Part shown: positions 45,752-55,949 of the stretch, one piece after another
Position numbering within the stretch: position 1 is the stretch's first letter
How the letters are laid out: each line of letters begins with the position of its first letter
NCBI GenBank assembly: GCA_039961635.1
Contig: JABRWB010000008.1
Location: 30,158-94,157 of the forward strand
DNA: 64,000 nucleotides
Origin: a bacterium
GTDB lineage: Bacteria > 4484-113 > JAGGVC01
Direction of reading: 5' to 3'
Position numbers and translations under genes: made by a program
The notes under the pieces: generated by a model
Told to the model about the DNA's origin: nothing
What the model saw: only the letters and a program-made list of their open reading frames with translations
Database searches by the model: none

Positions 45752-47119
45752 TTGAGCGATACTTTGAATTACCTTGATTCGGCGGAAGGGCGAAGTGAAT
45801 CGTACATGCGCAGGCGGCGGTGCGCGCTGTACGACGCGTACTTTTCGGGCAGGCCGTACGAGAACGAGCGGGAGTGGCGCAGCCTGCTCGGGTACTCGGC
45901 GGAAGTTTCCGCACCCGCGATTGTAGTCAACTATCCGCGGCTGGTCGTGGAGCGTCCGGCGCACTTCGCGTTCGACCGGGTCGCGGGCGTGGAGGCGGCT
46001 GACCCCGCGGCGCAGGAATTCGTCGAGCGGGCAATCGCCGGACTGGAGATCGGCGGTATAAGCTCGCTGGATGCGCTTTTAAGCGAAGCGGCGATAGAGG
46101 CGTCCATCAAGGGTGACGCGCTGCTTGTGTTCGATCCGTCGGGATTGGTGAGCGCGGGAAATGCAGGCGAGACGCCGGCCCTCCCTGTTTCAGTCATCCC
46201 CGCGGAGGATTACACGCTTGAATGCGATCCCCACGACGCGTCGAAAATTGCGTTCATCCGCATCGAGTACCGGATCTCCGATGGGAACGGGAAAGAAACC
46301 CGGCACAGGCGGGAGCTGCATCCCGACCGGATTCTTGAATTCATCGGCGACGCGCCGAAGGGCCGCAGGATTTGGTTCGGCGGAAACGCGGCGCACCTTG
46401 CGGGCGCCGCGCCGGACGAGCCGAAGGAATGGCGGCTCGTCTCCGCCGCGAAAAATCCGCTGGGCGAGATACCCGCGGTCGTCGTGCGCAACCGGCCGCG
46501 CGTCGGGCGGGCTTACGGCGAAAGCGACTTCGCGGATCTGCTGACGATATTCGACGACATCAACTGGAAATACTCGCAGAGGTCGCGCAACATCAGCCGG
46601 ACGATGAACGCGATTCTGAAATCAGTGAACGGCCGGATTCTGAACGACGTGATTTCCGAAAACGGCGTGCTGTCGGTGATCGGCGAGGGCGCGGAAGTCG
46701 GGTATCTCATCAACGACGCGGACATGAGGGAGATCTCGACGCATATCGCGGAGCTGCGCCGGGCGCTTTTCGAAATAAGCGGGGTGACGGTGCTGGACGC
46801 GGAGAAGCTTTCCGGATACGGCGCGCTGTCCGGATTCGCGCTGTCCGTTTTGTATGAGCCATTGATCGCGCTTGCGGAGAAAAAGCGCCGGACGATCGGC
46901 GGCGCGGTGGAGCGGTTCCTGTCGAAGATCGTCCGGGCGGGATGGAAGCTGGGATTGATCGAAACCGAGCCGGAAAGCTTCGGCGTGCGGATCAAGTACG
47001 GCGCGATGTTCCGCGAAAGCGAGCGCGAGCTTGCGGAAAAGCAGTCGAGATTGCTCGCCGCGATCGACGCGGGACTTTTGACGAAGGAGCAGGCGGGGAA
47101 GGCAATGGAAACAAGTTGA
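45752..47119 (+). CDS. Phage portal-like protein
   Basis: TTG start 8 nt after GGAGG. 455 aa. Size and position immediately upstream of the capsid gene fit a portal; the family was not verified. Confidence 0.5.
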   Translation: MSDTLNYLDSAEGRSESYMRRRRCALYDAYFSGRPYENEREWRSLLGYSAEVSAPAIVVNYPRLVVERPAHFAFDRVAGVEAADPAAQEFVERAIAGLEIGGISSLDALLSEAAIEASIKGDALLVFDPSGLVSAGNAGETPALPVSVIPAEDYTLECDPHDASKIAFIRIEYRISDGNGKETRHRRELHPDRILEFIGDAPKGRRIWFGGNAAHLAGAAPDEPKEWRLVSAAKNPLGEIPAVVVRNRPRVGRAYGESDFADLLTIFDDINWKYSQRSRNISRTMNAILKSVNGRILNDVISENGVLSVIGEGAEVGYLINDADMREISTHIAELRRALFEISGVTVLDAEKLSGYGALSGFALSVLYEPLIALAEKKRRTIGGAVERFLSKIVRAGWKLGLIETEPESFGVRIKYGAMFRESERELAEKQSRLLAAIDAGLLTKEQAGKAMETS

Positions 47120-47213
47120 CAGTTGGACAGTTGACAGTTCGACAGTTAACTGCGGTTGTTCGACAAAATACACCGGACATGCGAAGCAACTGTCAACTGT
47201 TAACTGTCAACTC
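47115..47213. repeat. Iteron-like inverted-repeat array between the portal and capsid genes
   Basis: Left arm GTTGACAGTTGGACAGTTGACAGTTCGACAGTTAACTG (4 x ACAGTTN). A 26-nt spacer follows. The right arm CAACTGTCAACTGTTAACTGTCAACTC is the inverted complement. Confidence 0.7.
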
Positions 47214-47286
47214 TGAACTTGATTACAGATGCAATCCGGATTATCAACCGGAAAAAGAAACTATGTAATTTTAAGGAGGATCGTGT

Positions 47287-48198
47287 ATGGCACTGACTTT
47301 GGCGGACGCCGCGAAGCTTGAAACGGACGCGCTTAAAAAGGGGGTGATCGAAACCTTCGGCGAGTTCTCGCCTGTCTTGGAAGACCTTCCCTTCATCGAG
47401 GTGCAGGGCAACAGCTACAAGTACGCGATCGAATCGTCGCTGCCCGCGGTGGAATTCCGCGAGGTGAATTCGGCGTACACCGAGAGCGCGGGCGAGTTCA
47501 CGCAGGCGAGCGAACCGCTCGTCATATTCGGCGGCGTCGTGGACGTGGACCGCTACCTGCAGCAAACGCGCGGCAGCATAAACGACCAGCGCGCGATCCA
47601 GACGCGGATGAAGGTGAAGAGCCTGGCGCTCGCGTTCACGCGCAACTTTTTCGAGGGCGACACCACGGCCGACCCGAATTCGTTCGAAGGGCTTTCGAAA
47701 AGGCTGACCGGCGCGCAGGTGATAACCGCGGACGACGGCGGGCACAACGGCGACGACCTTTCCATGGATTACATGGACATGCTGATAGACGCTGTGTGGG
47801 GCGGGCCGGACGTGATTTACATGAGCCGCCACAACAGGCGCAAACTGACGCAGATCGCGCGCGAAACGAACTTCCTCGAAGTGTACCTGGACGACTTCGG
47901 CAGGCAGGTGACGCGCTACGACGGAATTCCGGTGAAGATAATCGGGAAGGACGAGACGAACGAGGAAATCCTGGGCAACGACGAAACCGAGGGCGAAAAC
48001 GACGAAACGAGCAGCATCTACGCCGTCAAATACGGAGCGGACGAGTTCGTGTGCGGGATTACGAACGGCGGAATCCAGGTGGACGACCTGGGGCTTATCC
48101 CCTCCCCCCCCGTGTACCGCACGCTTATCGAGTTCTACTGCGGACTGGCGGTGTTCCATCCGCAGGCCGCGGCTAGGCTGAAGGGGATAAACAAGTAA
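47287..48198 (+). CDS. Phage major capsid-like protein
   Basis: TAAGGAGGATCGTGT-ATG. 303 aa starting MALTLADAAKLETDALKKGVIE, with an acidic patch DETNEEILGNDETEGENDETS. Position and expression signal fit a major capsid protein; the fold was not verified. Confidence 0.55.
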   Translation: MALTLADAAKLETDALKKGVIETFGEFSPVLEDLPFIEVQGNSYKYAIESSLPAVEFREVNSAYTESAGEFTQASEPLVIFGGVVDVDRYLQQTRGSINDQRAIQTRMKVKSLALAFTRNFFEGDTTADPNSFEGLSKRLTGAQVITADDGGHNGDDLSMDYMDMLIDAVWGGPDVIYMSRHNRRKLTQIARETNFLEVYLDDFGRQVTRYDGIPVKIIGKDETNEEILGNDETEGENDETSSIYAVKYGADEFVCGITNGGIQVDDLGLIPSPPVYRTLIEFYCGLAVFHPQAAARLKGINK

Positions 48199-48572
48199 TG
48201 GTCAACCCCGGTTACCTGATGCTCGGCGGGAAAGTGCTTTTCGACGATCCGTACGCGCTCGCGCTCCGCGGAAGCGGCGCGGGCGCGCCCGCCGGGCGCG
48301 GGTTAAGGACGAGGCGGATGGCGGCGCGGCGCGCTGTTGATTTATCTTCCCGCAAAAGCAATGCAACAGGCGAAACCGCGGACGCGGAACCCGATTTGCC
48401 GCCTTTGAAAAAGCTGTTCGTGGCAAGGACGCGCAACCGGCGCTACACGGGCGAAATTTGCGGCGTCTGGTTTTCGGACGGGGAAGCGCTGTGCGCCAAA
48501 GAAGAGGCCGAGGCGCTTTTGGAAGCGGGATGCGAAGTTACGGTATGCGGAGGAACAGATGACTTTGAGTGA
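48198..48572 (+). CDS. Phage-cluster hypothetical protein (124 aa)
   Basis: ATG overlaps the capsid gene stop (TAATG). Continues the gene run. Confidence 0.45.
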   Translation: MVNPGYLMLGGKVLFDDPYALALRGSGAGAPAGRGLRTRRMAARRAVDLSSRKSNATGETADAEPDLPPLKKLFVARTRNRRYTGEICGVWFSDGEALCAKEEAEALLEAGCEVTVCGGTDDFE

Positions 48573-49143
48573 ATACATTCGGCTGGCATGCGGCGACGCT
48601 ACGGAGGGCGAGCAGGCGCTGTCGGACGGCGATATCGCGGACGTGCTTGCGGGCGCGGTGCTTTCTCCGGTCAGCCGGAATTTCATCCGCGCGATCCTGG
48701 AAAGCGGCGCGCGGGCGAGCGTCCTGAACCGCGCGGGCTGGGTGGAGCTGCCGCTTTCCGCGCTAAGTCCCGACCACAGGAAGTGGGGTTGCGGCCTGGG
48801 CGGCTGGCTGGACGGGCTGACCGACGTTTACATCGGCGGCGGGTTGCATCCGCTCGGCGAAAACGAAAGCATAAACAACCTGACCGGAATCGTGACGCTT
48901 TTGGCGGATCCGGGGGAGGGGGCGGCGGTCAGCGTGCGCACCTATCTTGTAGATCTGCCGCGGGCGGTCCACGACGCGCTGATGCTTATCGCGGGAAGCG
49001 AATCGCGGCTCGCGATCAAAGCGGGCGCGGGCGGTGCGGACGTGGACTTGTCCGGGCTCGCGGAGGCGCTGCGCAGGCAGGCGCGCGAGGTGATGGGCGC
49101 GGCGCCGGTCGAAATCGAGCAGCGGGGGGACTACCCGCACTAG
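48559..49143 (+). CDS. Phage-cluster hypothetical protein (194 aa; head-tail connector/adaptor-size)
   Basis: ATG start overlaps the upstream gene by 14 nt. Ordinary composition. Confidence 0.45.
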   Translation: MTLSEYIRLACGDATEGEQALSDGDIADVLAGAVLSPVSRNFIRAILESGARASVLNRAGWVELPLSALSPDHRKWGCGLGGWLDGLTDVYIGGGLHPLGENESINNLTGIVTLLADPGEGAAVSVRTYLVDLPRAVHDALMLIAGSESRLAIKAGAGGADVDLSGLAEALRRQAREVMGAAPVEIEQRGDYPH

Positions 49144-49151
49144 GAGCTGAA

Positions 49152-49550
49152 ATGCCGGACGGAACCAGACTAAAAGCGTTGTTCGAGCGGATGATACGCG
49201 TGCTCGGCGGAAGCGCGGAGGAAGTCTTCATCCGCACGTACGAGGAAACGGGCGGGCATCCCGAAAGCGGGATGCCGCCGGCGCGGATCGCGACCGATGT
49301 TCCGATTTCGCCGCGGCCGATTGTTCTGGCTGCGGATCAACAATTTTACGTTTTCAAAACGCGCGAAATCGAATCGGTGCGCATCGAGGCGGGCGACGTG
49401 AAAATCGTGATGGACGCGGATGAAGGCGTCGAGGCGGAAACGATCCTGCATTTCCGCGGCGCGGACTGGCGCGTGTATCGCGTCGACGCACCCGTGTTAT
49501 TCGGAAGCGTGCAGGTGAAGATCGCGTACGCAAGGAAGGTGCAGGGATGA
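49152..49550 (+). CDS. Phage-cluster hypothetical protein (132 aa)
   Basis: GGAGCTGAA-ATG at 49152 (MPDGTRLKALFERM...). The track ORF 48588-49550 is a 5' over-extension in the same frame. Confidence 0.5.
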   Translation: MPDGTRLKALFERMIRVLGGSAEEVFIRTYEETGGHPESGMPPARIATDVPISPRPIVLAADQQFYVFKTREIESVRIEAGDVKIVMDADEGVEAETILHFRGADWRVYRVDAPVLFGSVQVKIAYARKVQG

Positions 49551-49993
49551 GGGACGCGATTACATCTCTTAACGCGTGGATTTCGGAAAAGCTGCCGGAC
49601 GTGGCGCACAGCTTCGCGCCCGGCTCGCCTGTGAGCTTTCCATGCGTCGTCGTCGTGCCGCGGACGTTGGGAGGAAAAACGAAGCCCGCGGGCGGGCCGG
49701 CCGCGCTGGCGACTGTCACGTTCCAGGCGGACTGCTGGGCGGACGGCGGCGACGCTTTGGCCGCGCGGACAATCGCGCAGCGGATACTCGCGGCGCTGCT
49801 TGGCGACACCGACCGCGGCGCGCGGATACCGCGACACCGGTGGATTTACGGGGAGGGGGAGCCGGTGCGGGCGGAGATGCGCGACGAGATGGTTGTGACG
49901 GACGCGCGGATAGCAGAAATTCCGATACGAGACGCGCCGGAGCTGCGGCTGTGCCGCGCGATTTTCGATCTGCGGTTTGTTTTGACGGCTTAA
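49547..49993 (+). CDS. Phage-cluster hypothetical protein (148 aa; tail-completion-size)
   Basis: ATGA overlap with the upstream gene. Confidence 0.45.
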   Translation: MRDAITSLNAWISEKLPDVAHSFAPGSPVSFPCVVVVPRTLGGKTKPAGGPAALATVTFQADCWADGGDALAARTIAQRILAALLGDTDRGARIPRHRWIYGEGEPVRAEMRDEMVVTDARIAEIPIRDAPELRLCRAIFDLRFVLTA

Positions 49994-50026
49994 CTAGAAA
50001 GTTAAGTCCATTTAAGGAGGATTTTA

Positions 50027-50841
50027 TGACGAACAACGTAAGCGCGCTGACGGTGGGGTCGGCGGAGATTTACATAAACGGCGAAAAGTGCGGCTGGGCG
50101 ACGGATGTCGAAATCGAAAAGCGCGTCGAGGTTCTGCGCCATGAAAGCAATGTGGGGCTTGAATTCGCGACCGACCACGTCGTGCCGCTGCGTCGAAGCT
50201 TCATCGTGCGAGGGCGCTTCGGCGAAGTGGACCCGCCCACGATCAACAACGCGCTGGGGCTGTCCGGGCTTTCCGCGCAGGAGACCGCGAGCGCGCAGGG
50301 GATGACCGAGTACGCGAGGTTGTATCCCGGCAGGTGGTACACGCTGCGGTTCCCGTCCACCGGAACGAGCATCGTTTTGAAAACGGCGGACGGTCAGACG
50401 ACGTTCGTGAAGAACACGGATTACGAAGTATCCGCCGCGCTCGACGCGATCAAGTTGAAGGACAATTCGGCGATTGCTCCGGGAGAGCTGCTTTTGCTCA
50501 GCTATTCGTATCAGCGCCCGCCGTACAGCGAGGTCGCGCTTTCCGCTCCTGGATTCGCTCGGCCCGTGCATCTCGTTTTGGTCCACCGCTATCCGGACGG
50601 CGCGAGCTTTTTCGAGCTGACGCTGCCGCGCGTGCTTCTCGAAGCCGACGTGTCGCTCGCGTTCGACGAAAAGGACTGGATCGGAATCGAGTTTTCCGGC
50701 GAGTGCCTGCCCGACGAAAGCGACGCGGCCGCGCCTTTCGGACGCCAGAAATTCTTCGGCCCGATATTCGAGAACATGGGGCTTGCCGCGGGCGACGTGG
50801 AGAGCAACCCTTACGTGCCGGAAATCGGCCCGACGTACTAG
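50027..50841 (+). CDS. Phage major tail (tube)-like protein
   Basis: TAAGGAGGATTTT-ATG, the same strong RBS as the capsid gene. 271 aa. Located between head-completion ORFs and chaperone/tape-measure ORFs. Confidence 0.5.
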
Positions 50842-50850
50842 GAGGACGAA

Positions 50851-51240
50851 ATGAACGAAACGGTTTTGGAAATCGAGCGCGACGTGTTTTTGGGCGAAGG
50901 GACGCCTCTCGTCCTGCGCGACGGGCGCAAACTGACCGTGCCGCGGTGGAGCGCGCGAAAAGCGCTGTCTCTGGGACGCAAGATCGCGGAGGCCGTGTCA
51001 ATCGCATCGCAGGCGGAGGGCGGCGGCGGCGGAAAGGCGATTCTGTTTTCGCTGCCGCTAATCGGCGAGGTTGTGTGCGAAACGCTTGGCGAGGATGAAT
51101 CGTTCCTGGACACGATCACGAAAGACGACCTTGCCGAAATCGCGCTTGCGATCGTGAAGCAGGAATTTATGTCCGAGCATTTCCTTTCGCTCTCAAAAAA
51201 AGCCGCGGCGCTCCTTCGCAGCTCTCGATCGGCGGATTGA
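50851..51240 (+). CDS. Phage-cluster protein, tail-assembly-chaperone position (129 aa)
   Basis: GGAGGACGAA-ATG. Followed by an overlapping small ORF, as in chaperone G/GT pairs of siphoviruses. Confidence 0.45.
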   Translation: MNETVLEIERDVFLGEGTPLVLRDGRKLTVPRWSARKALSLGRKIAEAVSIASQAEGGGGGKAILFSLPLIGEVVCETLGEDESFLDTITKDDLAEIALAIVKQEFMSEHFLSLSKKAAALLRSSRSAD

Positions 51241-51494
51241 TCGATCTCATCGCGTCCGAGTACGGATGGACGGCTGCGGAAATTCTCGACGCGCAGACGA
51301 TGCGCGGCCTGGAAATTCTCGCGGCGCATATCCGGGCGCGGAAAGCGGAGGAGCGCGTGGTGCACGCCGTCGCGTTCGGAGCGGACAGGAAGGAAGCGGA
51401 GCGGGCGATAAAGCGCATCCGCGAAAAGCTGATTGAAGAAATTTGCGGAAAAAACGAGGAGCCGAAATTCGATCCCGCGTTTTTTTCGGCGTGA
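51237..51494 (+). CDS. Phage-cluster small protein (85 aa), second chaperone-position ORF
   Basis: Overlaps the previous ORF by 4 nt in a different frame. Confidence 0.4.
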   Translation: MIDLIASEYGWTAAEILDAQTMRGLEILAAHIRARKAEERVVHAVAFGADRKEAERAIKRIREKLIEEICGKNEEPKFDPAFFSA

Positions 51495-51503
51495 GGCAAA
51501 AAG

Positions 51504-52130
51504 ATGAGCGATTTTGAAATTGGCGGCGAAATGGACGACGCGATGGCGGAGCTTGCCGCGCAGTTCGCGAAGCTGGCGGAGGGGACGCGCGACGTGCTGG
51601 ATGCGTTCTCCAAATTCGCCGGGATTGATGCGGGCGGCGCGCGGAGCGATTCGCCGTTCGGAAGCTGGGAGCGGCTGGGCGACGAAGTATTGGGCAGCGT
51701 GCGCGGAATCGGAAACGCGCTTTGGCGCGGCGGATTCGACGATGCGGGGCGCAGGTTCCTGCGCAACTTCGCGGGAAAAATCGGCGACGACGTTTCCGGC
51801 GCGGTGAGTGAAGCGCTGGGCGGCTCGTTTTTCGCAGATTTGTTCGGCGGACTTTTGGGAGAGCTGGTGCGCGGCCTGGGAGGGCTTTTCGGAAAGGACA
51901 AGAAAGCGAAGCTTCCGCCCGCAAAGCTGCCGGAGCTATTCAGTCCGCCGGAAATGATGAGCGCGCCGCTTTCGCTTTTGCCGTCGTCCGCGTTTCTTTC
52001 CGGGCGTGCGCCTAGGGCGACGATAAACGTGACGGTGAACGGAATCGTCGGCTCGCCGCGGGACGTCGCGGACGAAATAACGCGCATCGTAACGCGTACG
52101 CTTGTCGATCTGACGAGGAGGGGCGCGTAA
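51504..52130 (+). CDS. Short Gly-rich tape-measure-like protein (208 aa)
   Basis: Gly/Leu-rich central region (GGSFFADLFGGLLGELVRGLGGLFGKD). Position directly after the chaperone-position ORFs. Confidence 0.4.
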   Translation: MSDFEIGGEMDDAMAELAAQFAKLAEGTRDVLDAFSKFAGIDAGGARSDSPFGSWERLGDEVLGSVRGIGNALWRGGFDDAGRRFLRNFAGKIGDDVSGAVSEALGGSFFADLFGGLLGELVRGLGGLFGKDKKAKLPPAKLPELFSPPEMMSAPLSLLPSSAFLSGRAPRATINVTVNGIVGSPRDVADEITRIVTRTLVDLTRRGA

Positions 52131-52576
52131 TGCTCAAATTTTGGACAACGGGCGCGGACGCCGATACGTTCGTGCTGTCGAGCGTGAAATCGCGCGTCGA
52201 GCACTCGCCGTGCGCGGCGATTGTTTTGGACCGCAGCGGAATTCCCCACAGGATCGCGGGCGAATATCAGCCGCGGCCGGTGCGCATCGAAATCGAATTT
52301 CCCGAAAACGCGCTTTCGCTTGAAAACACCCAGCCGATACGGTTCGACAATCTCCTTATCACGCTGTTCGAAACCAACCAGCCGGTCGTATTTTTTGAAA
52401 GCACGCGCGCCAGGGCGTACCAGGGATTTATCGAAGAGCTCGATCCGCGCATCGCGGCGAGGCGCGACCGGCTTGCGGGCGAAGACGATTTCGTCCGCGT
52501 CGTTTTCTGGCTGGAACGTTTCGGCACGTATTCGGACTGGACCAATCTGGCGAGCGTGGAATGGGAGGACGAGTGA
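52130..52576 (+). CDS. Phage-cluster protein (148 aa; distal-tail-size)
   Basis: ATGA overlap on both sides. Confidence 0.45.
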   Translation: MLKFWTTGADADTFVLSSVKSRVEHSPCAAIVLDRSGIPHRIAGEYQPRPVRIEIEFPENALSLENTQPIRFDNLLITLFETNQPVVFFESTRARAYQGFIEELDPRIAARRDRLAGEDDFVRVVFWLERFGTYSDWTNLASVEWEDE

Positions 52577-54504
52577 TGAGCTTCACCGAAACCGCGCGCG
52601 CGGCGCTCGCCGCGAGAAACAAACGCATCGTTTTTCGCGCGCGCCTCAAAACATCGCATCCCGAATCGAACGAGTGGAGGGAATATCCACTTGCGGAAAA
52701 CGGATTCAGGCTCGTGCGCGAAAGCGGTCTTCCCGCGCGGCTGGAGCTGGATCCGGTTCCGCCGGACGGCGGTTTCGGAGCGGAAAGCGATCCATCCGAG
52801 CGCTGGCAGCTCTTCGCGCAGTGCGAGCTGTGGTGCGACGTGTACACCGGCCCGGCGGAATACGAGTCGCAGCGGCTGTTCGACGGAATTCTGACCGAGA
52901 TAACGCCGCGGGATTACGGGCTGCCCGCGGTCGCGCTGGACAGGCTGCACATTTTGTCGCGCACCGTGTGCGCGGTCGCGATGGAAGCGGAGCAAATCCC
53001 GATTGTTGACGGCGCGCCGCTTGCGCGTGCGGAAGAATTTGACGACCACACTTTCGGATTGGTAATGGCGGAGACGCCGGACGGATTTTCGGCCGAGGGT
53101 GAAAGACGCGCATGGCAGCCGGGCGACATCCGCGTTTTTGATTCCGCGGGGGGGGAGCTTCCGCCTGGAAGTTACGCCGTTTATCCGGACAGCGGAGTCG
53201 TACGGTTTCATTCGATACCGGAAGACGATGTTTTCATTTCCGGCGTGCGCTGCTACATCGAGGGAACGAACGATGTTTCAAATGTCCTGCTTTCGGCGCT
53301 GACGTATCCGAAGGAAAAAGGCGGGCCGGGGCTGTCCGTCGCGCAACTCGATCTGCCGGCGCTTGGACTCGACCTGAACCGCGTAGAGTGGGCGGAAGCG
53401 GACGGGAGCGTCGCGGATTTTATTTCGCACCTGCGCGGCGCGCTGCCAGGAAACGTTTCGCTTTCGTACGACAGCGATTCCGGCAGGTTCAAACTGCGCG
53501 CAATCGAGCAGAGCGAAACGCCGGATCTGACGCTTTTGAATCCGGTTTCTGTATCCGGGCCGCGGGACGCGCACGAGGTATACACGCGCGTGATAATCCG
53601 CGGCGAAAATCCCGCGCCCGCGCCACTCTCGGACGATGCGGAAATAACCGACTTGCAGGAAGGAGTCGGCGAGACATTCAAGTGGGAAGGCAACAAGAAA
53701 ACGTTCGACGCGGGAACGATCGCGCTTGTATCGGACGGCGGCGCGAACACGGGATTCGGGCGGCACAACCTTCCGGGCGAGCCGTACGACTGGCGGGATT
53801 TCGCGCTGCTCGACCTCGGCGCTCCGGAGGGGGGAGGGTTCTTCCGGATTTCGCGCGTCGACGTGGTTGCGGCGAACAGCGCGAATCCGAATTCGCAAAG
53901 CGGCGCGAATTTGATTTTCCTTTACGGCGTCGAGCTTTTGGGAAGCAGGGACGGAGTCGGGTTCGTACGCATAGCACCGGGCGCGAAGTGTTTTCTCAAG
54001 GCGCTCGAAGTGCGCACGTTCGATTCGCTTTCGTTCGACCGGTTCCGGTATCTCAAGGTGCGCGTCAAACCGGCCAAAGACGGACTGTCCAACCAGAGCG
54101 ATCCGGGGCTTGCGCTGAACGAAATCCGAATTTGGGGCGCTCTCGAATACGAAATCGAGTCGTGCGTCCAGGACGACGATCCCGATGCGCCGTTTTACTT
54201 CCCCGCCCTGCTGGAGAAAACATCGGCGATCGGACATCTGACATACATCGAGGACGCGGGAAACGCGCTTGACCGGTACGCGGCCAAGGCGCGCGCGGAC
54301 GCGCTGCTGTCGGAGTTCATCCGCGCGTTCCAAGCTGTCGAGTATTCATGCATCGTCGATCCGACGGCGGACGTGGATATGACCGCGGCGGTGGAAGACG
54401 CGGCGACGGGAATAGAAATGAGTTTTCTTATCCACCGCGTCGTAATCGAAGGCACGCGGACCGTCGTATCCGGCGTGGATTATCTATCCGCGCCGCTTTC
54501 TTAG
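52576..54504 (+). CDS. Phage tail protein (642 aa; tail fibre/host-specificity-size)
   Basis: ATG at 52576 overlaps the upstream stop (MSFTETARAALAARNKRIVF...). Confidence 0.5.
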   Translation: MSFTETARAALAARNKRIVFRARLKTSHPESNEWREYPLAENGFRLVRESGLPARLELDPVPPDGGFGAESDPSERWQLFAQCELWCDVYTGPAEYESQRLFDGILTEITPRDYGLPAVALDRLHILSRTVCAVAMEAEQIPIVDGAPLARAEEFDDHTFGLVMAETPDGFSAEGERRAWQPGDIRVFDSAGGELPPGSYAVYPDSGVVRFHSIPEDDVFISGVRCYIEGTNDVSNVLLSALTYPKEKGGPGLSVAQLDLPALGLDLNRVEWAEADGSVADFISHLRGALPGNVSLSYDSDSGRFKLRAIEQSETPDLTLLNPVSVSGPRDAHEVYTRVIIRGENPAPAPLSDDAEITDLQEGVGETFKWEGNKKTFDAGTIALVSDGGANTGFGRHNLPGEPYDWRDFALLDLGAPEGGGFFRISRVDVVAANSANPNSQSGANLIFLYGVELLGSRDGVGFVRIAPGAKCFLKALEVRTFDSLSFDRFRYLKVRVKPAKDGLSNQSDPGLALNEIRIWGALEYEIESCVQDDDPDAPFYFPALLEKTSAIGHLTYIEDAGNALDRYAAKARADALLSEFIRAFQAVEYSCIVDPTADVDMTAAVEDAATGIEMSFLIHRVVIEGTRTVVSGVDYLSAPLS

Positions 54505-54512
54505 GAGGACAG

Positions 54513-55913
54513 ATGGCGAAGCAAATCCGAAATCTCGCATCCGAAATCGACGCGCGTATCGCGCGCTCTTCCGCGCGGGGGAAACGCGGCGCTGTGCCGC
54601 ATCCGCCGTCCAACCGCGACTGGCGGGCCGAGCCCGCCGCCGACAATCCCGATCCGTCGTTCGATTTCGGCGTGCTTTCTCTCGGCGAATACGGCGACGA
54701 AACCGCGCTCTCCGGCGACGTGAAATTGAGCGAAGCCGCGGGAATCGAAATCGCGCGCATCGACGCCGACAACGCGCTTTCGGTCGGATTCACCGCGGAA
54801 GCGGCGGAAATGCTGGGATTGCTTGCGAGCGCAGGGCCGGGCAAACTCACGACGAACAACATAGGCGCTCCGCTCATTACCGTTTTCCGGCTGGGAACGC
54901 AGATTTACGCGCTGACCGCCGGGCAGATTTACCGCGTCGGCGAAACCACGGGAACGCTCGTCGCGATTCCCGGATGCGCGCCGGGGCCGGGCGAGCAGTT
55001 CACGTGCGCACGCGTATTTTCACCGTACGCTTTCATCGGTACGAGCACGAACAACCGGCCTTTCTTGAATATTTACAGGTTTGACGGCTCGGTTATAGCG
55101 GGGGAGCCCGTTCTTCCGGCAATCGGACAAAACTATTTCGTCGCGGGGATGACGGTATGCGCGGCTTCGCTTTACGCGCTCGCCGGCGACCTCGCCGCGC
55201 CGAATTACGGATGGACGGTGCTCCAGCGCGCCGCTCCCGGTGCTTGGGTTCAGCTTCTTCCCTGGCAGAGCGGCGAGCAGGCGGGGACTATCGGTGCATC
55301 GTCGGAGCTTCTCGTGACCGCCAACGCGGGCGCGGCGGGACGCGTTTACAGCGTGCAGCTCGGAGCCGGTCAGGCCGCGCCCATGCCCGTCGTGAACCTT
55401 CCCGGCGGCGCGCCTCTGGCAACCCTCGCGGGCGCGGAAATCGCGGTGCGCGGATGCGAAGCGTACGTTTCGGACGGCAGCAATATCTGGGGAATCGCGG
55501 ACACCCAGCCGAAGACGCACTCGGCAGCGCCTGTCAATCTTGCCGCGTTTTTCGCCGCGCCGTCGCGGTTCACGGCGCCCGCATCGTACATCGCGGTGGA
55601 CTCTACGGGCACGGCGTTCGGAATCGAGGCGGGCGGGCTTTTCGTTTTCGGTGTCGAGGTGCGCTTCCGGATTGATGCAACGCCGACGTTCGAGGACTGG
55701 TGCTACCTGCTCGGATACGACGGCGCGGAACTTATCGAAATCGCGGCGGGAAAGTCGCCGCCCGCGCCGTATTTCCGTCCGGTCGAGGTTGACCGCGGCG
55801 GGAGGATTCTGTTCGCCGCGCTCACCGCGGCGGACGCGCCGTATGTCTGGAAGATGCGGATGAGCCTGAAGCACATTCTCGGATTCGCGGGAAGAAAACT
55901 CGGAGTGAAATGA
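54513..55913 (+). CDS. Phage tail fibre/receptor-binding-like protein (466 aa), Gly/Ala-rich beta-structure
   Basis: TTAGGAGGACAG-ATG. Repetitive G/A-rich C-terminal half (VTANAGAAGRVYSVQLGAGQAAPMPVVNLPGGAPLATLAGAEI). Confidence 0.5.
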   Translation: MAKQIRNLASEIDARIARSSARGKRGAVPHPPSNRDWRAEPAADNPDPSFDFGVLSLGEYGDETALSGDVKLSEAAGIEIARIDADNALSVGFTAEAAEMLGLLASAGPGKLTTNNIGAPLITVFRLGTQIYALTAGQIYRVGETTGTLVAIPGCAPGPGEQFTCARVFSPYAFIGTSTNNRPFLNIYRFDGSVIAGEPVLPAIGQNYFVAGMTVCAASLYALAGDLAAPNYGWTVLQRAAPGAWVQLLPWQSGEQAGTIGASSELLVTANAGAAGRVYSVQLGAGQAAPMPVVNLPGGAPLATLAGAEIAVRGCEAYVSDGSNIWGIADTQPKTHSAAPVNLAAFFAAPSRFTAPASYIAVDSTGTAFGIEAGGLFVFGVEVRFRIDATPTFEDWCYLLGYDGAELIEIAAGKSPPAPYFRPVEVDRGGRILFAALTAADAPYVWKMRMSLKHILGFAGRKLGVK

Positions 55914-55949
55914 AATCGCGTCACGCGAGGCGTGACTAAGGAGAAATCA

